A stretch of 61,249 nt of DNA, filler included, from Sphacelaria rigidula (Eukaryota): NCBI GenBank assembly GCA_964200075.2. It is 9 parts of 9 records of this genome, joined end to end, with 100 filler letters (N's around TTAATTAATTAA, not from the genome) between each part and the next. Parts side by side here need not be neighbours in the genome. Positions count along the whole stretch, not along the records: positions 47,718 to 54,433 come from CAXNAA020018451.1; positions 54,534 to 61,249 come from CAXNAA020018452.1; 7 more parts are not named here. One strand, written 5' to 3'. Shown piece by piece: positions 51,331 through 61,249 of the stretch; position 1 is the first letter of the stretch, and the number at the start of each line of letters is the position of its first letter. The notes beneath the pieces are model-generated. The model saw only the letters and a list, made by a program, of their open reading frames with translations. It did no database searches and had not been told where the DNA came from. A program made the translations under genes and the position numbers.

Positions 51331-53986
51331 GAGTAATCAACATAGTTTACCGAGTTTGTTTGATGACAGTTGGCGCGGTGCGGGAGTGCCCACCCGATCC
51401 ACGAGACCAAAATGCAAAGCGCGTACCAGGGAGAGATGGGGTGTTCCCTTGAGACCGTAGACTCATCCCGAGGAGAAGGGGGGGGGGGGGGGGGTCAAAA
51501 GGGGGGGAAAAAAAAAAAAATGAAAAAAAAAAAAAAAAATAAAAAAGAAAATTTTAAAAAAGTATTTTATTTNNNNNNNNNNGGAGGGGGAGGGGGGGAG
51601 GGGAGGGGAGGGGAGAGGAGGAAAAGAGGGGGAGGAGGGGGGGGGGGGGGGGGGGGAGGTTCAAAGTGCGAGAAACAAAAATAAATGATAACAATACAAA
51701 AAAATATATATGAGCATTTTACAATAGTATTTGTAGTTGTGGAGACACAAACAAAAGCAACAATGGTAACACTACTGACATAATATACTATCAACGTGAG
51801 ATTACCACCTCTTCATGACCCGACCCGCTTACTAATGACTCGGGCCTGTCAACTCAGCCCATCATCCCGGGCCTGAAGAGTCTGTACTTGCGATCCTCCA
51901 TCCTCAGTCCGGGCTACGGCCATGCTTCTCATTCTGGGCTGCGACAAACCTCGCCCCGTTCTGTCACTTTTAGATCTCTACCGCGTACCCACTCGCTCCG
52001 TACACTCCACACCGAGTGAGAAGGTGTCACTTACACGTCCTCTGTCGTCACTTTTTTTTTTCCCTCGGAAAGAGGCAAAAAAACGGCCATTTTTTGGGCC
52101 GGTTACTTTTTTTGCAGCCGTTCGGCGGCATGGTTCAAGCACGAACTGCAAATTTTAGACTCATTTTCTTGATCCAAAAACACCGTAGAATTAATAAAAT
52201 AAAATAAAATGATCGGACATCGTTAAGGGCCCGTACAAATTTATGCACCTTTACTTATGGGACAGAGGAAGTACATGATCACGTGGACACCCCCCCGTCC
52301 CCCCCCCCCGCCTTATGTCGCCTTTGCCGATGAAGAAACGTCGATTTCGCCCACGCGATCGTTCGAAAAAACAAGGCAATTTACGGGTATTGCGAAAAAA
52401 TGGGCGTTCGGGACTGGTTCGGTTGGCTGCAAAGATTGCCGCCGCGGCCCGCTGGTGCAAGTGACATGAATATCAATGGCCGGATGGATGGGTAAAAAAA
52501 TGGGATGTGCGTTTTAATCTCGGCAGGTGCGGCATCTTTTTGAGATGAAGATATGTGACTTCCGTCTTTGAAAGCGTGGGGACGTACGTGAGGAACAGAA
52601 GACTTGAGTTGGCGTGAGTCGACGCGGTGTGGGAGTAGTCATAATTCATTCCTCAATACCAAAATACCAGGCATCCGTCACGGGGAGACATGGGTGATTT
52701 CTTGAGACACTGCGGAAACGTCTCGAGGAAGGGGACGGGTGACAAATGTGACAAAAAAAAAGACAGCGAAGAGATGATGCGCGATATCCCTCATCAGGCT
52801 TTTGTGGGGAACGGGCTGTAAAATTCCCGTAAGACTCGGCTCTATATAGAGAAAAGGGACACGAGAGGAAAAAAATGGGAAAATGAAGAGAAAAAAGGGG
52901 GCTGAATTTTCTGCTTGTTAGGTAGCATATTTCAATGTGAAAATTTGCTGTTTTATTTTGGTGGTGAGTGTCAGCCTTGTCTGATCACTTGAACCAAAAG
53001 GTGCATCGCACCATAGGACACTGACACACATCCGCACTGTGGAGTATGACAGATATCCAGGAGCGCAACCGAAACAAACGCGTATGGCACACACACATAC
53101 CAACCGAACGATAGGCAAGCATTGGAGGATGAAAGACGGGCAGTGGATTATGACAGGGTAGCGTAAGCGACAAGCACTGGATAAATCTGCACTTCGTATA
53201 TATTTTCAGTGGAATATGACACACATACACACATACACAGGTTACAGCTCACACGTATTATTCTCACCCTGTCTTGAGGTTGGATGATAGAGCGATGAGA
53301 AACAGCAGCGTCGTCGCATTCTGTTCATCCATGGAAAGGAACACGAGAGACAAACAACAGAAAAAAAAACGGCACCATGTGAGCACGGGAGGGACAACGG
53401 GGATGACAGGGGTGTACACGTGATCTTGCAGGCCGTAGTCATAAGACCATTGACCCACCCCTACCAAGCCTGGACGGGGCACGCCGGGTTTTTACCGGAT
53501 CAGGCTCGCAATCACCAAGAGCGAAGCGCCATGGTGTGTTCGGCAAGCCGCATGAGGGGTGACCTGCACCCTGCTAAGACTGTTCGGCCCAAAGCGTACG
53601 GATCATCTTGCATTTGGATGACAGCCGCGAAATAGTTGCTTCATTTTCTGGTTTCGCCACTTCAAGAGACAGCAACGGGTTACACGGCCTCATGGGTGAC
53701 TCACCACCAGCGGGGGAAGGGGGGCTGCAGTATTTAAAACAAGGAAACAGCGCAATTATTGTTCAACACCTCTGTATTTCAGTCGTTAGCTCTCATCTTG
53801 GCTTTAATAGTTCCTGGTCAACGTAAAAAGAAAAAGAAGTAAGGCGCAACAGTGTATCACCAACACACCCTCATATTTTGGGCACGTTGTGTGAACAGGT
53901 ATACAGTGATTGTTATCAACATCAAAGCCCCTTCCCCCAGCACGAAGCAACTGTGGAAAATGACGCGACAGACGTTGAATTATCAA

Positions 53987-53988
<2 letters not shown>

Positions 53989-54022
<34 letters not shown>

Positions 54023-54372
54023 GTCGTCCCATTCATTCTGGGCACCAGTCTACACCCTTCGGTATATGTGGGCGCATCAGCCGCGGGCACACAGGAGGAA
54101 GGTCAACACAGGAGCTTTTTCTTTTTTATTTGTTTTTAATACCGCACCTGCCTTCTGCGGTGCTTGACTTTTTATTTTTCTTATCGCGAGAGGGGTTCAG
54201 CAGTTCCTTTCCCTCGTCGACCGTTAAGTCGATTTTTGTGTACCCACGACATAGTCGCTCTCCACTGTTGGGCATGGCGTGAGAAAAGATTCCAGATCGC
54301 TCCGGGAATCGAACCCCCCTACTCGACCATCAGAAGGTTACGAGGTGACCAACTGAGCCACCGGGGCGACCG
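53989..54372 (-). mobile_element. Full-length tRNA-derived SINE with (CA)n tail; diverged copy at ~60530-60908(+)
   Basis: Minus strand: GCCCCGGTGGCTCAGTTGG (A box) ... GGTTCGATTCCCGG (B box), body, then cccagaatgaatgggacgacaa(ca)n. The body matches 60690-60908. Confidence 0.85.
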
Positions 54373-54533
54373 CTTCAAACTGTCTAGACTACACAACTGC
54401 ACGTTGAGCAAGTAGCCGACGCGAAATACAGTANNNNNNNNNNNNNNNNNNNNNNNNNNNNNNNNNNNNNNNNNNNNTTAATTAATTAANNNNNNNNNNN
54501 NNNNNNNNNNNNNNNNNNNNNNNNNNNNNNNNN

Positions 54534-55547
54534 GTATTTTCAAAACTCATACCTACGATACCTGCGATCCCACGGTATTTCGAGATTTCAATACCTACCA
54601 TCCCCGCTCAATCCGGCATTTTCAAAAGTCATACCTACAATACCTACGATACCACGGTATTTCGAGATTTCAAAACCTACCCTACCGGCCCAATCCCGTA
54701 TTTTCGAAACTCATTCCTACGATACCCACGATACCAGGGTATTTCGAGATTTCAATAGCTACCATACCGGCCCCATCCGGTATTTATTTTGAAATGTCAC
54801 ACCTATGATACCTACGTATACCACGGTATGGGATACCCCGGTAAATACCGGGGGTACGCTCGGTACGGTACCTTACCTACGGTGCCTGTGAAAACTTCGG
54901 CTGCTCAACTTGCACCCAGATCTGAAACGCTTCGCATTGCCAGGTGACGGTTTTGAACTCGGTAAAGAGGGTAAGGCAGGTACCCGGTACCGGTATTTGG
55001 GACATCACATACCGTACCGATACCGACCCAATCCGGTATTTTCAAAGCTCATACCTACAATACCTACGATACCACGGTATCTCGAGATACCGGTACCTAC
55101 TGTACTTGCAAACTCCGGTATTTTCAAAACTCATACCTACGATACCTGCGATACCACGGTATTCCGAGATTTCAATACCTACCGTACCCGCTCAACCCGG
55201 TATTTTCGAAACTCATACCTACGATACCTACGATATCACGGTATTCCGAGATTTCAACACCTACCGCACTTGCTCAATCCGGTATTTTCAAAACTCATAC
55301 CAACAATGCCTGCGATACCACGGTATTTCGAGGTTTCAATACCTACCCTACCGGCCCAATCCGGTACTTTCAAAACTCATCCCTACGATACCCACGATAC
55401 CAGGGTATGTCGAAATTTCAATACCTACCGTACCGGCCCAACCCGGTATTTTGAAATGCCATACCTTCGATACCTACGCATACAACGGTATGTGATACCC
55501 CGGTAAATATCGGGGGTACGCTCGGTACGGTACCTTACCTACGGTGC
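54534..55547 (+). repeat. Two tandem copies of a non-autonomous element built on an 82-bp satellite (54534-~54887, truncated; ~54965-55547)
   Basis: ggtattttcaaaactcatacctacgatacc... at 82-bp spacing (4 and 6 units). Both end ccccggtaaata(c/t)cgggggtacgctcggtacggtaccttacctacggtgc. Confidence 0.9.
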
Positions 55548-55617
55548 GGAGATCGCCATGGTGTTTTTTGCGCCAGGGTTTTTCTTCAGCGTCCGCCGGC
55601 GAAATGTTGAAGCCAAG

Positions 55618-56030
55618 CGAATCTGAAAAGGGGCCCACGCTCCTCTCGGCCCGGTGGTGCAAAGTGTCCAAGACGTGTGTGGGCAATGTTATGTTCCCTG
55701 TTTGGGGGTCAAAAAGAGTCTCAAACACTAACAAAGTGAGCAGTCCGTGGGACAAAAATCTGTGTGCCATGACATCCGGCCTTTAGTGGCCAATGTGACG
55801 GGGACCGACAAGATTTTCCCACCCAACTTACTGTTCAGCGGCCAATCTAGAAACGCCGGAGCAAAAATAATCTGAAAAGCGGACTAGGCTCCTCTCCTTG
55901 GGGTGATGCAAAGTCCCCAAGACGTGTGTGGGTCATTTTCCCTGTTGGGGGGTAAAACAGTGCCTAACACGTCCAAAAACTGAACAATCCATGGGGCAAA
56001 AATGTGTTTGCCATAACATCCGGCCGGATG
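55618..56030 (+). repeat. ~250-bp direct duplication; a third partial copy at ~6905-7002
   Basis: aatctgaaaag...tgcaaagt..ccaagacgtgtgtggg...ttccctgtt.gggg..aaaa...aaaat(c/g)tgt.tgccat.acatccggcc. Confidence 0.75.
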
Positions 56031-56649
56031 CTAACATATTATTTTGCCCCCATATTTTTTATTCCCGGTCAAAGAAACCCGCGGCAAATTTCGGGTCGGG
56101 CACGATCTCATGGCAGCACAGATATTTTAACCCCACCAAGTTGTGATGATTTGTTCACCCCCACAAGGGTTTCGAGTTTCATCTGTAGCGTGTTTCAACA
56201 GCTCACAGTCGCGCAGGTGTCTCGTGTGCTGTGGCGTGCTGTAGCGATGCCGCGTCACTGCCGTAGAGAGGTCATCACCACCCCACGAACACGAGTGCAC
56301 ACGCGGCCATTCGACTACCCCGCCTATTACATAGTTTCCGGTCAACCTCTGCAGCCTCCAAAGGAATCGAAGGCCTCCAGAACACGCGCGGCCCTCTGCG
56401 TAGGCGGGTCGATTCAGAACCCGGGCTGGGCGAGATTCGACATGACATGTTCCAGGCGTCGACCGCCGCAGGATAGGCGCCGGTTGTTCACTGAAACTTT
56501 GCGAGGAACCCCGCCAGGTCGCCATGCACCCACAATGGCGTAAGAGGTTGCTTCGTGCTTATATGAGGATTTGATTCTTGGTTTTTTATCTCACTTGTTC
56601 AGGCGACCTTAGTAAAGTAGACACGATATGTCCACGACAACGCCCATAC

Positions 56650-57400
56650 GTCTACGAACAGAACAAGGAATGAAAATAACCTCCATCAGGGCACTCCGGG
56701 CGATCGAGGCCGCATTCATTTCTTATCTCGTTTTATTCTCCCAGCAAACTGCCCTCGCACGAGCAAGGCAGGCACCCACAGAGGTTCGTGAAGAACCACC
56801 TTCATGAACTGACGATAGTGCACGGCAGAGCACGCCACAAGCATCATATTCTACTCATGTCGAGCAGCACGTCGCAGTTCCACGATGAGACGGCGAAGGT
56901 CATGGCGCACACGCCAGAAACCTCACGCCGGCCGCGTAAGAGTTGGACGCTGATATGACGCACCAACATGCGGCGGATCCTCGCAAAACCTCGCAGCAGA
57001 CACGATGTTTCCAGCTTTTCTACGTGTTTTACGGTGGTCCGCATCGTCCGAAGTTCCCACTCAACAAGACTGTACAGGAAGATACTATGAGCAAATAACG
57101 CAAACGAGGAACATATTCCACTGTGGAAACTCGTGCAGGAAGCCCAATTTCAGGGCCAAAGAAAGGCCCTTTATTCACACCGCAATCGAGGCCAAAACAT
57201 ACTTTTTTATTTACACACCGTTAGGAAGAGGGAAGGGCGGGAAGTTCCTCAAACAAATGTGAAAGCAAGCATTCAATATGACAACACGCATTTTCCCCCT
57301 TTTACGGATCCATCACCACGATGGAGGCTCTGTAGGGTCTCCAACGATGTCTCCGAAAACAATCGCGCCAGCGCGGGTTTGTCAAACCAGGCGTGAACAA
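56650..57400 (+). pseudogene. Possible Crypton-type (DUF3504-like) tyrosine recombinase remnant
   Basis: Ordered, frameshifted fragments TRCFQLFYVFY..HRP, then YFFIYTPLGRGKGGKFLKQM-(C)KA, then SITTMEAL, resembling Crypton RCPV..Y..Y...RP / PLG.n.l...mk.mc..A / HS.R.t..t. Catalytic residues are not cleanly readable. Confidence 0.3.
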
Positions 57401-57759
57401 CAGAGGATCAAAACGTAAGGGACGCGAAGCGACATGTTCTTCCCATGATTCGTGGGATATCGAGTATGTCTCAAAGTGTATAACGCTGTGGGTTTATGTC
57501 AAATCACCTAACTACGTTTTGTTTACGGACCGCAGTATGTCGAGATCGGAGTGACGTCCTCATAGGGGTGCGCAAATATTAACCGATCTTATAATCGTGG
57601 GCACAAGCTCTTTACATCGTTGAGAATGTGACTCACGAATACTTGAGAATACGCTGTGATTACTATTCCCCCACCATCTTCTCATGAAAATGAGACTGAA
57701 GTTTGTGAAAGGGTGGAGGACGTAACCCATGTAGCCGTGCACGTTGGATCAATGACAGC

Positions 57760-59815
57760 TTATGAACCCGACGAAATGTTGCACAAGGCGTTTACTCAAC
57801 CATCGCATTGCGCATTGTTGGCACAGGGTGAACCCGCCAGAGGGCCGACTGACGTACCGGAGAGTAGTTACCTTATCACGGGTTTGGTAAACCAGCCATA
57901 CACACTCATCCACAAAATGTACGGAATGCTGCTGCGGGACATGAGAGATACGACCACACAATTAATAAGTCGTGTGATGCCTACTGGAATGCTGTCGTTA
58001 ACACCGACGTCTCCCGCGCAAGACTTTCGCTTTAATACTGTGTATCATATAAACTTATCGTGATCTACGACAAAAGATCTGCGCACACACGCCACAGAAA
58101 GAACAGTCGTCGCCTCATGAGATCTTTGCCGCGGCATCCATCACACCACAACCAAAAACAAATAACAAACGCTGCGCCTACCAATACTCCCATGTGTGTG
58201 GTGGTGTGCTCTGAACCATGTTTGTTTTCATGAGGCAACAGCCTGCTGCAAAATCGTTTATCAGCGTTTGCGACGGAATCGCATAAACTGTGGAGTCATG
58301 ACACATATTTTTCACGCCGGAGCGTCAACCGAAATCCCGAACGACTACCGCATAATCACGGGTTTGGTAAACCAGCCATACACACCCATTGGCTGAATAT
58401 ACAGAATGCTGCTGGACATGAGAGACACGACCACACATTCATAAATCGTGTGATGTGTAGTGAAATGCTTTCGTTCATGTCACCGACGTCGCCCGCACAA
58501 GAGTTTCACTTCAATACTGTATCATATAAGTTTATCGTGATCTATGACACCAGATGTGCGAACACACACGCCACAGAGAGAGTGGTCGTCGGCCCATGAG
58601 GTCTTTGCTGCGGCAGCCATCACACCACAACCTAAACAATAGCAAACGCCGCGCCTACCAATATTCCCGTATGTGTCGTGGTAGACTCCGAAGCATGTGC
58701 CTTTACATGAGACACCAGCCTGCTGCAAAATCGTTCATCGGCGTCTGCGACGGAATCGCATAACCTCGGGAGTCGTCACACATAGTTTTCACGCCGGAGA
58801 GTCAACCGAAATCCCGAATAACTACCGCCTAATCACGGGTGAGGCAAACCAGCCAAACACACCCATCGGCTAAATATACAGAATGCTGCCGGACATGAGA
58901 GACACGACCACACAATTATTAAGTCGTGTGGTGTCTAATGAGATGCTGTCGTTCATGACACCGACGTCTCCCGCACAATAGTTTCGCTCTAATACTGTAT
59001 CCTATACGTTTATCGTGATCTATGACACAAGATGTGCGCACACACGCCACAGAGAGAGAAGAGACGTCGGCCCACCACGTGTTTGCTGCAGCAGCCATCA
59101 CACCACAACCGAAACAATAACAAACGCCGCATCTATCAGTATTGCCATACATATGTCATGGGCTCTGAACCATGTGCGTTTTCATGAGGCACCAGCCTGC
59201 TGCAAAATCGTTCATCGGCGTCTGCGACGGAATCGCATGACCTCTGGAGTCGTCGCACATAGTTTTCACGCCGGAGAGTCAAGCGAAATCCCGAACAACT
59301 ACCGCCTAATCACGGGTTTGGTAAAACAGCCGTACACACCCATCGGCTGAATATACAGAATACCTGCGGGACATGAGAGATACGACCACACATCAATAAG
59401 TCGTTTGGTGTCTAAGGAAACGCTGTCGTTCATGGTACCGACGTCTCCCGCACAATAGTTTCGCTCTAATATTGTATCATATAAGCTTATCGTGATCTAC
59501 GACAAACAATGTGCGCACACACGCCATATAGAGAGATTAGTCTTGGGCCCATCACGTGTTTGCCGCGGCAGCCATCACACCACAACCAAAACAATAGCAA
59601 ACGCCGCGCCTACCAATATTCCCATACATGTCATGAGCTCTGAACCATGTGCGTTTTCATGACGCACCAGCCTCATGCAAAATCGTTCATCAGCGTTTGC
59701 GACGGAATCTCAAAACCTCTCGAGTCATGACACATAATTTTCACGCCGAAGAGTCAACCGAAATCCCGTACGACTACCGCCTAATTACGGGTTTCGTAAA
59801 CCAGTCATGCACACT
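57760..59815. repeat. Tandem array of ~478-bp units, ~4.3 copies
   Basis: Anchor at(c/t)acgggtttggtaaaccagcca..cacac at ~57875, 58355, 58831, 59310 and 59784; the units align along their whole length. Confidence 0.93.
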
Positions 59816-61249
59816 GGAAAGGTCGTGAACGCAGCGCCCTGAGATTAGACATTATGCTATGGGTTCCAAGGCATGTCCGTGTCCCTCAAGCGAGAGGTTT
59901 CTGCCGAACCGTTCCCGTTTTTTTGCCGAGACATCGCCCTACGTAGCCATCCATGCCATAACACGAAACCACCCGATGGATGACCGACGAGTTGACCACA
60001 TATCGCTCTGTCACGGGATTGCGGAAGGAGTCATGAACATTACCGCGACATATGACGAACACCTCGCGAAGCGATATCACCGTGTGCATAGGGATTAATC
60101 GTTGGTTGCATTGATCGAGTGATAACTTTGTGACAAATCGGTTTCAGTCGTAGATAACGATACCAGCTTCTCCCGTGGTTCGTCCCACGAGATGGTCACA
60201 CCGCGGAAACCGAGAACGAATTGACCGAAGTGAATGGCCGATACATGCATAAAACCCATCACCTAGAATGACGAACACCGCACGAGACGGCATCACAACG
60301 CGTGGACGCCAGACCATGACGAACCAACAAGCGACGCGCGAAACGATTTAATAACACATCTCGTTGGTTCACTGTCAACGTTCACAACATGCCGCATTTC
60401 CACTTAATAATTTCGCTTTGTTTACACAACAAGCGCCGCACCGCCCGCGCCGCTCCAAATGACCCCAAATAGTAGGTTTACAAACCAGCGGCCGCCAAGA
60501 CATATGTATTGAGATGGTACTCGCAGGCCAGCGCCGCGGGCGCTACGAGGTGGTTGATGTGCTCGACGAAAGCGGAAATATTAAGAATGCCACGACTGGA
60601 GCGTGAGTCCGATTCTGGGAGCGATCTTCAAACTTTGATGACTCAATGCCCGACTGCGAAGAGCGATTGTACCCTGGATGGGCGAAACTCGAGTGAATGG
60701 TGGACGACAGAAACGCACTACTGAACCCCCATCGCGAAAAAATAACACCAACAACCGCAGAAGGAAGGTCAGTGGAAAACTAAAAAATACGAGATTGAGA
60801 CATAGTTCTGTGCTGACCGCCTTCCTCCCGTGTGACCCCGGCTGCTGCGCGCACTAATAGCAATGGATGTCGTGCGGCGCCCAGAATAGAACGGGCGACT
60901 ACACACACTGCGTTCTACACCCCGATGCCGATCGCGCGTGTTAACACCCAGCGTGACCCGTCGACACCGCCCCCTCCTCCCCCCACCATCCTCCCTGGCC
61001 GCTCGTGACCAAATACTCGACATAAAAGACAGCATCATTGCATGGCTATGGGCGGGGGCTGGTGGGCCGGAACTGATCTCCATCCTTGCAGTCGAAGTCC
61101 GATAGGAACGCTACATGAAGCTATTCGTTGACATCAACGAGTGAGCCGTTCCGCCGGTATGATCCAAATACAAGACATAGAGACAACAGCAGACGCAAGG
61201 TATATACATCACCTGTACATTACTGGACTCCATCCCATCCTCGGACCCC

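Noticed and set aside
52222..52250. NLYGP on the minus strand as the YIPF DLYGP exon
   Set aside because: Flanking residues do not match the expected PFW...TL context and no fitting splice sites were seen.
54910..55506. 198-aa and 183-aa repetitive ORFs
   Set aside because: By-products of a stop-poor 82-bp satellite; the unit is not a multiple of 3 and the same peptides cycle through frames.
57760..59815. Hammerhead-ribozyme (retrozyme) satellite
   Set aside because: CTGATGA occurs in only one unit (minus strand, ~59690) and lacks a conserved stem II/GAAA. The CTGATGAG at 30861 also lacks the closing pair.

Overview
Repeat-rich, intron-rich eukaryotic DNA, most likely a brown alga (Phaeophyceae; inferred from gene structure and repeat types). 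It is not one locus. It is nine unrelated contigs of 6717 or 6716 bp, sorted by length and joined by 100-nt N spacers carrying TTAATTAATTAA, so adjacency across spacers is meaningless. Three partial host genes could be spliced by eye: coatomer zeta (4 exons, +), a DUF3326 protein (2 exons, +) and a YIPF1/2-type Yip1 protein (last 3 exons, -). The rest is mostly decayed transposable elements: a LINE and its dispersed C-tailed 3' ends, Gypsy and Copia fragments, tRNA-derived SINEs, MITE/foldback elements and satellites. The best leads are: (1) an AcademX-like remnant encoding a FEN1/XPG/XRN-type nuclease plus a Cys8 finger, with no visible DDE transposase (44.3-47.4 kb); (2) a 416-bp near-perfect hairpin with coding-like arms, a candidate small-RNA locus (9165-9580); (3) a possible Crypton-type tyrosine-recombinase remnant followed by a ~478-bp tandem array (56.6-59.8 kb). 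All family assignments come from motif recognition by eye; no searches were run.
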